DNA of 64,000 nucleotides from the human T2T-CHM13v2.0 reference genome, Homo sapiens. Position numbers and translations under genes: made by a program. Under the pieces are notes generated by a model. That model saw nothing but the letters and a program-made list of their open reading frames with translations. It was not told where the DNA came from and searched no databases. The stretch's first letter is position 1, and each line of letters begins with the position of its first letter. The DNA lies in assembly GCF_009914755.1 (NCBI RefSeq), contig NC_060925.1. One strand, given 5' to 3'. Below are positions 13,998 through 29,660 of this stretch, in pieces.

Positions 13998-14162
13998 GAC
14001 TTGTTATACAAAATGTGGTCTTGGAACTAACAGCTTTGGCATCATCTGGGAGCTTGTCAGAAACGCAGAATTTCAGGCCCCACCCAGACTTACTGAATTA
14101 GAATCTCCATTTTAACAAGATCTTAGGTGATACATATGCGTATTACATTTTAAGAAGCACTG
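13998..14162. mobile_element. MER5A-type hAT-Charlie MITE
   Basis: gcatcatctgggagcttgtcagaaacgcagaatttcaggccccacccagac...aagcactg. Confidence 0.8.
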
Positions 14163-14442
14163 TTGGATAAGAGACAAAAACTATTCCAACAACTGTGTCA
14201 TCATTATGGATCATGGCCAAAATAAATCCCACAACACTCAAAAATACAAAAAACTAAGAGTTAATGGCAGTGGATCACCATGAAATCTACCCAGGGTTGA
14301 TTTCTGGTCCGTGGTGGGTTTACCTTAGACCAGTTTCCTGGCTTCAATTATTTCTTATTCTACCTCATTTTGTCCACGAACTTTTCTACTTTGATCTGTT
14401 CTTGTGCAATTGGCAGGCTAAAAGGCAAGAAGTGATTTCTAG

Positions 14443-14763
<321 letters not shown>

Positions 14764-17700
14764 AAGGCATTCTTTTTAATCCTGACTCTATTACTTACTA
14801 TTTCTGTGACCACATGCACATCATTTAAGCTCTCATTATTATTATTTCGTTATCTATAAAATGGGGAGGGTAAGACTTAAATGATATGTATGTTTGAAGA
14901 TTAAATGAAAAAGGCGATATAACATGCTTAGCAAAGTGCCTGCTCAAAAAAAAAAAAAAAAGGTAGCTATTTGGTAGTAGTATTCTTAGTAACTTTCTCC
15001 CTCAACCTACATATCTAGTTTACTCTGGACTCATTGCATCAGAGCCTAGGGACCTGGAGAAGACTCAAATTAAATCCTCACACATATGTTTAGGAAAGCT
15101 TTAGAGTGTCTTAGGGAGGCTCTGTCTATGACACCAGTGGGCTTCGCTGTGGCAGCACCTTCATCAGGCCTGTCTGCCTGTGAATGTTGTGGAACAGCTG
15201 CCTTCTCTAAATCCCCTCTCTGCTCACTACAGGGCTTTGCATGTAACAGGCCCTCAGCGAACATTTGTTGAATGAATGAATGAATTAATCATTTAGAGAA
15301 AATAACTGTATGCCATAATTGCTTTTCTACTTGAGTGCTAACTTTGTTGTTGTAAATGCATATAGAAAGATCCTTTGGAGCTAGTTTGCAACCTTGGGGT
15401 TGTAAAACATAAAGCCGTATAGAAATTTGTTGACTCTTCATTGGATTTCTATAAATTTGTGTCATTTTTATGCCATATGTTACAATGAAGCAAGTTAGCC
15501 TAAGAACTACATCAGCCTGAAATACACAAGGACAGGTCTAGGCTGTCCGCATTCACAGAGCAGGATTAGAAGGCTGATTGCTGATTCAGCTGTTGTTTTT
15601 GGTTCAGCCAAAGCAGAGGTCTGTTTACTATCCTGGGAGAGGAACCAATTTAGTCTTCCTGGGCTTTATCCACATAAAAACGTGGAAGACATGACATCTT
15701 GTCTGCTGGAAATACAATGCCATGTAGGTGGTTTACTCCTTTCTTTGACTCTGATTTACCGCTGCTTAGAGCCTGAGCGTCACCTTAGAGGATGAACTCT
15801 CAGCTTGTGCCTCAGAGGGACAGCAAGTCATTCTTCTCAGCTTTCCTGATGGGAAGGAAGCAACTGGCCAGGACAAAAAAGGTGGATTATGTAGAAAAAA
15901 AATGTGGATTACGAACGAGAATGTGCAGTGGAAAGGAAGAGCTTGCTTATTACAATTTGTCCACCCAGATAACCCCGCTGATATGCACCAAAAGTAATAG
16001 CAAGAAAAGGCGTTGGCAAAGGTCAGATCTAAAGCAACAATGAAAGTGATATTGGAAAAGGAAGGGAAGAAAGACCCAAGGAAATCCACTCCTGAATGAA
16101 GTATAAAGAAAAGAAAAAGAAAAAAAATGTACTGTGCTTAGTGCATCAGGTGAGGGTTACAATTAAACCCCTGAAAGTTCTAATTTAAAATCAGTTTCCT
16201 TTTTTCTTGGTTATTTCTCTGGGATATACAGATCTATATCTTTTTACTGGCTTCTTCTGAAGTAAGAAAATATAAAGGATCCATTCCTTTAACAAAATGT
16301 GGATGTTAATTACATGCCAGGCACTGTGTCAGGGATGAAGACTCAAAGATTAACAAGACGTGGTCATATCACTTTGTAATTCCTCCCAGACTTTGGTCCA
16401 AAGCTCAGCTTTCTGCAGATAAAAAGTATGTTTTCCTTTGTTATCAGTTACCTCAGTGATACAGTTAACTCAGGATAACATAAACTTTTCAGAATATTCT
16501 TTTCAATCTTTTAAAAGAGTTTTATTATAACAGTGGCAGATGCTTGTGGGAAAAGCAATTTGGAAGTTTTCAGTCCAAAAAATAAAAGTCCCTCATCCAT
16601 ATCTCTAATCTTGGAGCAAACAGATAATTTATTTTGAGATTACATGTACATGTTTCTCTATAAATATGCATGTTTGTATGTATGTGTATATTATATATAT
16701 GCACAAACTCATATACATATATAATATATATTACATATAAATATCTATATTTTGAGAGAAAGGATAAAATAATTAAATATATATGTATTTATAATTTTAC
16801 AGAAAGACTAGACCCTAGAATATCTATTCTTCTAAAGCTTGCTTTGTTCACTTCCATTGGCTAGGAATAGACTATCTCTGGATGGATAGACAATAAACTG
16901 GTAGCAGTGGTTGCCTGATTGCCTCTAGGGAGTGGAACAGGATTACTGGGGAATAAGAGTGGGAAGAAGATTTACTTTTCATTTTATTCTGTTTTCTGCA
17001 TTTTGATTACTTTAAATAAACTTTTGAAATTAAAAAAAGAAGAGAAATATGGTAAATACTGTCAAGTCTATTATTATGGAAGACAGTTATGCAGGGAAAT
17101 GACAATCCAGGGAAATGTGGAGAGTGCTGCCAAAGGATCCATATAAAGAGCTGTGAGAGCATAAAATAGGCAGCAGAGAACCCTGTCTGAGTGTCAGGGG
17201 AGGCTTGGTGGGAGTGATGTTGGAGCTAGCTCTTGCAGAGTAGGAAGGAGGAGATGGTAGAATGGAGGGCAATTTAGATAGATTGAGAATCACATGCCCC
17301 AAGGCTTGGAAGTGTGAAAAACCTTGATGCCCTCTTTCAAACTAGGGAAGTCTTAGTCCTGGACCCATGTTGGGGCCTGACACTTGGCAGGGTATTATTT
17401 AATTATTTAAGGTCTAGCAATTTATAGACCTTTAGGAGGCAATGCAAAAATGCAAGCAAGAAACATAAATCATAGCCAGGAAGACTAATGTGTTGATCGT
17501 CAGGGCCTGGAAAGAGAGATAGATGCCTCCAGGAATTAGGCAACAGAACAGACACAAAGGGACAAGAGAGTTTCAAGTGGAGGACAAGAGAAGCATTCAA
17601 GAGAGAAAATTTCTGAGTAAGACAGAGTAGTGGTGGAGACTTTAGAGAGCAAATCTCTGACCTTGGACTTAAGCAGGAAGGAAGTCTCTAGGGACCTAAA

Positions 17701-17819
17701 CTGTACAGAAGCAAATGAAAAGGTTTTGGATTGACAGAAGATAACCTTATGTCATCAGAGTGGAGGGTACTTGGGGTAGGTAGCAGTCAGTGATGCAGTG
17801 GCTGGAGAGGTGAGAGGGG

Positions 17820-18280
17820 GTGGTAGGCTGAAAAATGGCTCCCATAGTCCTAATCTCTAGAACCTGTGAATGGCAAAGGAGAGCTTGCAAATGTGATTGA
17901 ATTAAAGTTCTTGAAATGGGGAGATTATCTTGAATTATCTGGGTGGACCCAATGCAATCAAAAGGGTGTTTATAAAAGGGATGCAGGAGGAGTCAAAGTC
18001 ATAGAGAAGGCTATGTGGCTCAGAGACTGGAGTGATGCACTCTAAAGATGGAGGAAGAGGCCGCTTGCTAAGGAATGCAAGTGGCCTCTAGAAGCTGGAA
18101 AGGACAAGGCAAGGGATTCTTCCCTAGAGCTTAAAGAAGGACCGGGTGATTCCTTGACTTTAGTCCAGAGAAACTGAGTTTGGACTTCTGGCCCCAGAAC
18201 TCTAAGAAACATAAATATGTGCTTTTTTAAGCCACCAGGTGTGTGGTAATTTGTTACAGCAGCCACAGAAAACTAATACA
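17820..18280 (+). mobile_element. MaLR solo LTR, MLT1D-like
   Basis: gtggtaggctgaaaaatggctccc...gtggtaatttgttacagcagccacagaaaactaataca. Confidence 0.85.
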
Positions 18281-18382
18281 GGGAGTGCAGTCAGCTGTTC
18301 GTGCTGAGAAGGCAGAAAGGAGTTACTGAAGGATTTAAAGCTGAGGAGTGATGTCATTAGATAGCATTTAAAAATGATAACA

Positions 18383-18813
<431 letters not shown>

Positions 18814-19840
18814 TTAGGTGGTGAAAAGGACTTTGTAATGGTTGAATGTGGAGAGTAAAGAGGAGGATCAAGAAGGAATCCTCACTCCACACTGTGACCC
18901 ATCAATGGAGTTCACAAATCTACCACAGTGTAGTACTTACAGGGAAGAGAAAAGAAAGCATCCATCATTGAGGTGCCTGGAGAATTTCCTGGTAGAAATG
19001 CTAAACACTCAAGAGCAAAGGAGGTTTCAAGCCTCAGAAAAAAGGAGAGAATTAGGAGCAACAGCAGAGGTAGCTGCAAAAGGACAGCGCCCAGCAGTAG
19101 GAGGGAGAGACTCACTAAGGACAAAACCCCATGAAATGACCAAGATGTACATGGTTTCTTTAGAGGAGTATGGGCAAAAAAGAATGAGAAATAAAGGCTA
19201 AAGATTTATGAAAAGAATCTGGACAGAATTACATCTGGGGCATCAAGAGAAGAGAGGATTTTCAAGAAAGCTGCCCTGGTAAAGAGGGACACAGTCTTCT
19301 GCTGAGATACATGGGATGGTCACAGGATTGACATCAGGGAATCTCTAATTAAGAAGCTGTAGGGTAGGCTTCCTTCTCCAGCGCTGTTTTTGTAGAGTAA
19401 AACAGCTGAAAGTGATAATTTGAAGAGTGAACTGGAGGTGAGGAAGTAGAGAAAAGAGGTATAAACTACCCTTGTAAGAAATGAGGTGCTAATACATTGA
19501 AAAGGTACAGCGGTAAAGAGGGGCGTGTGTTTATAAAAGGATTATTTTTTAGGAAGATACAAGTTTGGAGAAGAGAGAGTTCAGTGACTGAAGAGGTTGT
19601 GAAGATTAAAATGGAGGAGGGTAATGAAGGAGTGAGGTCTAGAGGAAGCAGGGAGGGATGGGCGCCGGCACGCAGGTGGAGAAGTTAGTCTGGAAACGAA
19701 GAACCTCACGACCTTTTCTGAGGCATGTGGGCAAAGAACGATGGGAGAAGATATGAATAAGGTTAGACATGGGGACGGGGAGGTTGAAAATTTCATTTCT
19801 GAAATGTTTTACTTGCTCTGTAAAAACAAACTAAGAAAGA

Positions 19841-20250
<410 letters not shown>

Positions 20251-22718
20251 TTAAATGGGAGGCTGCCTTCTGAAGATCTGGCCCAAAACACTCATCTCTG
20301 AATTTTCCTCAGTCAGGCATAACTAAAGCAAGTTACATATCTGCAATAAAACCCACACGGAAGTCACCACCTCAGGGGAACTTTTACACCATTACTACCA
20401 CCATCACCACTGTCCGTGACAACAAAGCAACAGCAACAGCAAACACCTTGAGTGCTTACCATGTGCTTGGCTCTGTGGCTCTTGGAATTTAAAGTTGAAT
20501 AAGGCAAAGAACCTACTCATGAGAATTCTATGACTTTGTAGAGAGAAGGGGAGACTTTTACCAAATACCTAACCTGAGAATACATCCTATGTAAAGGAAG
20601 ATTCATAAGGATTCCTAAACTGTCGGGGCTGGAGAACTAGAGAGGGCATTACAGATGAGGTCCAGATAAGTGATTGACTAAAGCAATATCACCTGGATGA
20701 CTCTAGACTTCCATCCTTAAGTCCTGTGCTTTTTCCATTTCATTTCACACTGGTAAACTTCCTTTCCTATTCAATCCATACGTAATTTTAGGTATCTAGT
20801 CATAGGTACAGAAATAAGAAACAGAGAAACTCATTTTACTAGAAGGGTTTTCAAGTCAGAGTAGGCAATAACATATAATCAAAGGACTCAAATCCAAAAA
20901 TAGTGTCCCTTGCATGTCACAGAAGGTATAGCCCTTGCAGCACACTTGTCATTCCTAGGGTAAAGTTCCGTTCTGTATCAGCCCTCTCAGAGAGCAGGAC
21001 AGAAGAATATCTCCCTTTGTCTTACGCACGTATCATTCTTTATCAGTGACATTCCCTTTTGCTGCATTTTGGAATGAAAGGAAATTGATAACTAAGGAGG
21101 AGAAATATATTTAAAGAACCAGACTAAAGAGGAGAACACATAAACCCTATAACTTAGAGGTAAGTTTTAGGAATTAACGTGGTAAATAGAGATTGACGTA
21201 GACCTACTAAAATGTTTGAATGCCTTTTAAGATTAGTAACAAGCAAGGAGCTTAATATAGACCATATTTCAGAGAACCAAAGTCAACACTTAGACTGTGG
21301 CAAAACTAGCCCCTGATTGGCAAGAAAGGCTTGCAATCAAGATAAGTAGGGCATAATGCCAAGACCGTGGACAGAATTCCCTCTTGGATTCAGTATTTAA
21401 CCTTAAGGACACTGCATTGCTTGGGAGAGAGGCAAGGCCTAGAACTAGGAGCTCTTGGTAGGGTCAGACTTTTATCTCCCAGAAATCTGAGACCCTGGCA
21501 ATCCTTGAACCACTGGCAAACAGAAATAGAAGAGGATTCAGCCCTCTGGTTCAGTCCTCAGGCTCTGGCATGAAAACATAAGAAAGCTTTGCCAGCTGGA
21601 ACTGGTAGTATCTACATTTGCTTATATTACATTGCTCTCTTGGCAAATTGGAATCAGAACAATGTTAAGATCCTAAAGTTTGAAGAGATAGCAGAAGCCT
21701 GTGGTTTTGTTTCTGAGTTCACAGGAATCAAGCCTTGAGGGGAATGAAGGACTGCAGCCACTGTAGCCCAGACACAAATCTCTTGTTTCTTCTGGGAGAA
21801 AGTGCCCAGCCAGAGGAGAGGCCATCATAGCTCTGCTACCTCTTCAGCAAGGCAAAACAGGAATTTGTGTGGAGCTCAGAGAACCAACAGCACCTCAGTC
21901 ACAGAGACATACTTGCCCCTGTGGCAGTCCTGCTGACAACAGAGGTCCCTTGTCTCAGAGGAGACCTTCCTTGGTCATTAAGTCTTAAGATGGCCCATTT
22001 CTTGAGTTTTTATTGTGCTAATTCATCACTTGCCCTTTAGCAAGTCCCATATCTACAACTTGGCCTCATCAGAATGCCATGTGGATAAACTCAAGAGAAA
22101 TTCCATGAATGGCAATTCTAAAGCAGTCTTGGTTGATCAGATACAAATATACTGGCCACTATGCCTGCTATACCAGAGGGTGAATCAAGAAGGTATAAAA
22201 AATTCCAATTTCTTATACTTACTTGAACTGAATACTAACTTGCTGTCAAGACAGTAGACAAAGATTTATTTGTGAGGCTGTTATTCAGAGCTATATAAAC
22301 ACTTGGCCAATAGAGATTCCCTCATAACACAAATCAGTCGGAAAAATGAGCCTATGCAGAGGGCAGGATGAAGCAAGAAGGGGTTTACTATGTATGTAGC
22401 TGCTATAAAGGGATTCCAGGCAGAGTTGGGTGTGACTCCTGGAGACTGAACCACGCTCACTGCTGCTTCTCTCCTACTTTATACAAGCAGTCTGATACTT
22501 TGTCCTCCCTAGGGTAGCAAAATGGATGGTGGCTGGCAAGAACCTTTAGAGGACTCTGTCTGTGATAACTAACATAGTAAGCTTACAGTGTTGACCCCAT
22601 TCTGCATCTAAAATTCCCTAAACATTTTGATTTTGAGATTTGGTTTTTGCAACCAAACCTTGGAAATGTTACAGATGGGCACAGAGCATTAGGGGAAAAT
22701 CTGATTGAGTCGTTACTA

Positions 22719-23009
<291 letters not shown>

Positions 23010-23264
23010 TCACCCAAGGGTAAGAATGAGGGCTCAGATTTTGGGTATACGGATTCCCAGGCAATTCAGTCCCAAACATGGAAGTGCCTGTGTGGCTCAA
23101 AGTGATGTGGGAGAGCTAGCTAGAAGTGTCTGGTGAATGTTTCCATTTAGCTAAATGAGACATTTCAGTTCCTAAGTGAGTATCTTTTAAGCCAGTTGGT
23201 TGTATTAACTTTGTGCCAAGTTAAGCAAAACATTGCCAAACCTCTACTCCTGTCCCCTTTAAAT

Positions 23265-23536
23265 CAATGTGTTTTTTTTTTTTTAAATCACAGGTCATGA
23301 CATTAAATCAATTTAGTGAGTTCAAATAATAGCATTTGAAAAAAGCAGAAACAATTAGCATAGTCTAAAACAGAAACACAAATACCAGCCGAGAACATTT
23401 CACATCGTGAAGATAAGTATCGCTTCATGAAACTTCTGTTGTGTGCATGTGGGAGTATGTGTACGCGCAAGGTCACGATACAAAATGTATTCTAACTGTG
23501 GGTAGTGATCAAAAAAGGCAATTGCAAAATACTGCC
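23265..23536. mobile_element. Old hAT-Charlie type DNA transposon relic (family uncertain)
   Basis: aatcaatttagtg...aagtatcgcttcatgaaactt...aaaatgtattctaactgtgggt...atcaaaaaa resembles recalled Charlie-class consensus. Confidence 0.5.
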
Positions 23537-24402
23537 TTCAGACGTAGACATGGGCAATAAGAAGACAATGACAGAAGAAAGGAAAGAAAAGTCACTAATA
23601 CACTCCTATTTTATTGCAGAAATTCTAAAATAAAAGGACTGGGAAATGACAAATGGAAGAGAAAACTTGTTGGCCTCCTCTCCCCCAACCCTGCAGGCAA
23701 ATCTTCTTGGATTTGCTGTCTCTCTTTAAGAGAATTACTGTATATCTGTCTGAAAGATGGCCTATGGTAAATTTTCCAAATCCAATACCTTTTGGATCTA
23801 GCTAGCTTTTCACGGTCTCCTTTTCTACGTACCTGTCTCCTATTAAGGCAAAGTAAAGTCTAGCTCAGCTTGAGACCTCAGGTGCTGAGATCCACATCAC
23901 AGCGACACCATTGTGTGACTTTGGACGGCATGTGGCACCAGCGATATTTGATTGTTAACTCCTGATATGCACAGCATCTGTGCTGGGTGCACATTGACTA
24001 TGTAAATGGAGTAAAGTCTCTAATATCGTATTTTCCTAGAATGAAAAGTAGCTTAGTTCTTTCTAGATGTGCTGCACCAGAAGAGTTTCTGTCAGTGAGG
24101 TCCCCATCCTAATCACTTCTTGCCAAGAACTCTTTTGTGTTAAAAAAGAAAAAGTTCTGGGTCCCCTGTGTCCTATGAAAATGTGCTATATCCTCAATGC
24201 ATTATCTTTATGCACAAAACTTTACCCTTTGTGAGTTTCTGTCTCACTTAACTTCATAACTTTTCTATTTGTCCTCTACCATTTATCTTCCTCCCATTGG
24301 CCCTAAGGCTCTACCTCCCTATTGCTGACTCTGAAACCCTAAGTAAGTTTAGAACTCACTGCTGCTTAACTTACTAGCTATAAAGAGAGGGCTAATATCT
24401 AT

Positions 24403-24403
24403 T

Positions 24404-24445
<42 letters not shown>
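24403..24445. repeat. (CT)n microsatellite, imperfect
   Basis: Directly visible. Confidence 0.9.
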
Positions 24446-24817
24446 AATCTCTCAGTCTCTTTATTTCACTCACTTGCTGTTTAGGAGCGTTAAGCTGCTT
24501 TCTGGTTTTCCGTCCCCCCTCTTTCTTGCTCTCTTTTTTTAGTTCATTGTATGGAGTCTCTAAATTATGCTCTTTGCATTTGGAATGCTTAATTCTCTCA
24601 ATTTGTAAAAAATCTGCTTTTATGTATCCTCTCCACATACTGGATGAGCCCAGGAAAAATTATACCTTCAATGGCTCCAGTCTTGCCCTTTCCCTCTCTT
24701 CTGTAGTCCAAGATAACACATGCAATGTAATCTCTACTTAGAAAAGAATTCGATTCTAGCCATCTGCTCTTCTGGATAAATCTGAGTAAATAGCTCACAC
24801 ATCTCATGCAATAGCTA

Positions 24818-25066
<249 letters not shown>

Positions 25067-25309
25067 TCATAAGTTCCAAATCAAAAAGCATGACCCACCT
25101 CTATGAGGCGAAGTGTTGTAATTGTGAGAAAATGATTAAATGTTCTTTGATGAAGAGAATTTCTGGAACCATAGTAACAACAGTTATCATTTATTGAACC
25201 CTTACTCCATGCCAGGCATTTTGCTAAGCACTTTGCATACATATATTAAGCCATTTGATCCTCATGGGACAGTTGTTATTATTTGAATTTTATAAATGAG
25301 AAAATCGAG

Positions 25310-25660
25310 GCTCTAAGGCTGGCTATGTTACTGTAGTAAGTAGTTTCAGAATGATAGTCACTTTCACACACAATAACTTCTGGTTCTCAAAACCTGACTA
25401 CACTCTCTCTGGCTACCTGGCAAATAGGTTTTTGGTGCCCAGTCATTTTGTCTGTAAAGCGAGAGGCTTAACTGAGATGACCCCTTGCTTCCTTTTCAAT
25501 TCGGATTTCTACCAGCTGTATGGTTTTGGGCCATGCAACTCATTTGTTCGCATTTTGATATCTGAAAAGTGGGGATAATGGTATTCATCCTATCTACTTT
25601 ACAGGCAGGTTGTGAGAACAAATAAAATTGGGGGCGTAAAAGTACTTCAAAAAAAGATAA
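25310..25660 (+). repeat. Local direct duplication, copy 1 (partner 27146-27487)
   Basis: Collinear identical blocks gctctaaggctggct, ctctctggctacctggc, gtattcatcctatct, aggcaggttgtgagaacaaa. Confidence 0.9.
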
Positions 25661-27145
25661 GGTCCCTAAGACACCAGGTAAGCCAGGATGGGGCTCCAGA
25701 TGAGTCTGAGGCCAGGCGGCAGTTCTTACTCATTCTGCTATAATATCCCCATAGCAAATTTATATTAAACTCTAGGCTTACTGTAATACACCTGATTTTT
25801 ACTCTCTTTAATGGTTGCAGTAATTGACTCAGCCCACATACCTGATAACATTGATTTTTCTGTCTCATTTAACTGATTTGTGTTCAGTATTTAAGTTTCA
25901 ATTTCTCTCAGGCAGATAATGCTTATTTCTTCTTTACCAGAAGGAACAGTATCAGGGTGACTAAATCATTAAGGGGCAGGAACAGCCAAATATTGAGTGC
26001 CATCTCTGTGCCAGACATTGTGATAGTCGTGTGCTGTCTCCTTCTTACTAATGGAAAAACTGAGGCTCTGAGAAGTTAAGTTAGTTGTCCAAGGTCACTC
26101 TCAATAAACACAAACTTACAGCCTCTTAGTGATGTTATTAATGGGCTATTCTTCCTTGAGTACCTTGAAGAAAGAGTGTCACCCTGTTTGAATTCTAGCC
26201 ATTACTATAAATATAAATGCTACCGAAACAAAATAATTAGGCCATAGGAAAAAAAATTGCCTTGCTAAGTTTAGAAAACCAATTTTAGCTTTATTTCTAT
26301 GCTTAATCTTTGCTATATGTGTAAGTTATAGGAATATATACACACAATTGCATATGTGTGTACATATTTATATATATACAAATATAAGGGCAATATATAG
26401 TAAATTTATATATATTATGCATAGAATGTGTGGTGTGTGCACATGTCTACAAATATAATGGCAATAATACATATGTAGTGAATTATCCTGCCATTTCGAC
26501 CCATGTTTCTTTCAGGCTAAATCAACTAATTTAATGCTTAAACTGGATGAAGAGTAGGTAGGATTAATTAGCTGCTTGTCAACCCTGATCAAATTAGGTG
26601 AGTAATTGCCAAATTTTCATTTCTGTGTGAATCATATGGGAATAATTTTTGGTAAGGCAAAAAGAAAAAAGGTCAGGAAAGGTGCTTAGTGAATCAATTG
26701 CTTAAATTTTATCTTAGGCAATCAAAGGTAAGCTACCTGAAACTAAGAGAAGGTTTTTAGTATTCTTTTCTTTCAAATATTCTTTCAGGGCATTAATCTT
26801 TGTGACTACCAACAGTCATACTATTACATACTTTGGCTTTTAACTTCTACGTTAACTTCAAAAGCATACAAATGGAATTCTAACTTTACAAGTTTAAGAC
26901 TTCAGTCACATGCTTTAAAGGTATATTTTATTAGAGCATAAGATGTGCATCTATGTAGAACTATTTAATAACAAGTATTGTCTAGTTAGGTCAGCTCAAC
27001 AGCTTTGCTTTTAGTTTGAAAAGTTTATTTATAAAAAAATAACAAGCCCACTAAATAAAAATTTTTCAAATTATTAGGCAAAGCCACCTTTAATTGAATG
27101 ATTTCCTAGGGGAAAAAGAAACAGGAAAGGAATCACAAAGCCTGA

Positions 27146-27487
27146 GCTCTAAGGCTGGCTGTGTTGCTGCAGTAGGCAGTTTCAAAATGACAGTCACTTT
27201 CATACCCATAACTTCTTGTTCTCGCAACCTAACTATCCTCTCTGGCTACCTGGCTCAGGGATCTTTCAGTTCCCAGTTGTTTCATCTGTAAGGTGAGAGT
27301 TTTAGGTGAGATGATCTCTTGCTTTCTTTTCAGTTTGGATTCCTACCAGTCATATGACTTTAGGGAGGCCACTCATTTACTTGTGTTTTCATATATGAAA
27401 AGTGTAAATAATAGTATTCATCCTATCTGCCTTATAGGCAGGTTGTGAGAACAAAATAAAATTATGGGCATAAAAGTTCTTTGAGAA
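27146..27487 (+). repeat. Local direct duplication, copy 2 (partner 25310-25660)
   Basis: Same blocks in the same order. The 3' end is interrupted by an Alu. Confidence 0.9.
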
Positions 27488-27815
<328 letters not shown>

Positions 27816-28439
27816 TCATACACATACATGGCCTCCACAATGTTATCATCTTCACCCTCCCTACCTCTCTCTCATCATACCTAACTGCGTAAACTTGGCA
27901 TTTCTTAATTGGTGCTTTTGTTATAACTTCCTCGGCTTTTAAGTCCAGAACAACAGAGGGAAGATAAAATAAAGAAACAAGCACAGATGTTGGGTGGGGA
28001 AGAGGGGAGGGATAACAGTGTTCCATATCCATCCAGAATGGGCCAAACAACCGAACTCCATTACTTAGCTGATCAACATTTCTCCTGGATGCATTTATGC
28101 CACACCATAGTCAGGGAACACTTACATAACTGTTAATGCTTGGAAGTGTTTTTCCATGCCTGCGTACAGATAATAATTCCATTAGTTAAAAAGAAAGGGG
28201 TATTTTAAAAGATATATATTTTCTAGGTGAGCCATATGACATACTTTCTCAAGGTGCCCTTGACAGGCAGTCAGGTTCAATTTTTTAAAAAATTTTTATT
28301 ATTTTGGGACACATTTCTGCTGAATGACTTTTTTCAAGCAGTATCTCTGACTATGTTTTTTCAAGAAAAAACATTAATTTTTCCTACCTATGCTTGAAAA
28401 AAGAATGACTGAACAGACTTTACGGGCAATATTCAAAGC

Positions 28440-28579
28440 AAGAAAAAGAAAGAATGAGGAAGAAGGAAGGAAGGAAGGAAGGACAGAAGAAAGGAAGGAA
28501 GGAAAGAAGGAAGGAAGGGAGGGAGGGAGGGAGGGACGGAGGAAGGGAAGGAAGGAAGGAGGGAAGGATGGAGGGAGGA
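28440..28579. repeat. (GGAA)n/(GGGA)n polypurine tract
   Basis: Directly visible. Confidence 0.9.
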
Positions 28580-28804
28580 CACTAGCTTTTTCTTGTTATT
28601 TTATCTGAAATGTCAGGGATATATGTATATTGCCCCAAAGTTCTGAAGCCAAGAGTCCATCCCCTTTGGATGAACTTTAAAAAATTCTGAAGAGCCCAGA
28701 GGTCTAAACCTTCACACAGATTTAATGACTGTGTCACCCAACAGGCCTATGAATGCAGCCAGCAGCCTCCTCTACCTCCTCTGGACTTCCTTCTCTTTCT
28801 CAGC

Positions 28805-29350
28805 TGAAAGACTGAATATACAAATGGACAATGGCCAGATTATACATAAAAATAGAACTCTGACTCACAATCCGCAGCAACCAGCTCAGAAAACCAACCC
28901 ATTATCTAGAGTAACCAGCCTAGGAAGCCAGTCTACTATCTGTAAGTCAGACTTATAGGAAGTCAGACCACTATCCATAACAAACAGCCCAAGAAGCCAA
29001 AAAATAACCACTATAACAATTGACACCAAACAACCCGGACTTGATTAATAGCTGACAACTTCCCTATTTTTTTCCCAGTTCCACTTAAGTCCAACCAGAG
29101 AAAGTACAATATGCACCCCTAACTAATCACATAGGATGCTCACTTCTAGTTAAGCCACCTACAACTTTCTCAACCGACAGCCTCCAATATGGGCATACTT
29201 GAAGCCTTTCCTTTTTTCTCTCTAAAGCTTTTCCACTCCTCTGCCTGCCTTTGAGTCTCTGCCAAAATACAAGTGATGACGGCTATAGCAAACCTCCAAA
29301 TAAATAGCCTTTGCCTGTTCTTATTTGCTTGGTCTTTGTTTATTTCCATA
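28805..29350 (+). mobile_element. Solo ERV1 LTR, MER89-like
   Basis: TGAAAG start, aatagaactctgactcacaa, aagtcagacttataggaagtcagac, and AATAAA near the 3' end. Confidence 0.75.
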
Positions 29351-29422
29351 CAACATATAACACCAAAAAGTCCTGTTATTTTGATGAAGAGGGAAGCCAG
29401 CAGCAAGATAAGACATGTAGTT

Positions 29423-29660
29423 CAGTATTTTCCAGTGTGTTCTTCAAACTGATAATTCTGCAAGATAGAAATAGGTGTTATGTGTGAAAATGATTCTCTA
29501 GTTAAATAGACTCGGGAATTGCTGGCTTAAAGTGAAAAGGATTTCTTTACTGCAGGGCTTCTAGGAAACTTCTCTAATGTCGAGGTGTTGTCTATTGCTG
29601 AGAGGAGGAGACTCTTTCCAAACATCTTTGAAGGCAGAACCTGTTTATGAATGGAGCTCT
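29423..29660. mobile_element. MER103-like hAT-Charlie relic
   Basis: cagtattttccagtgtgttc...tttctttactgcagggcttct...tttccaaacat. Confidence 0.55.
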
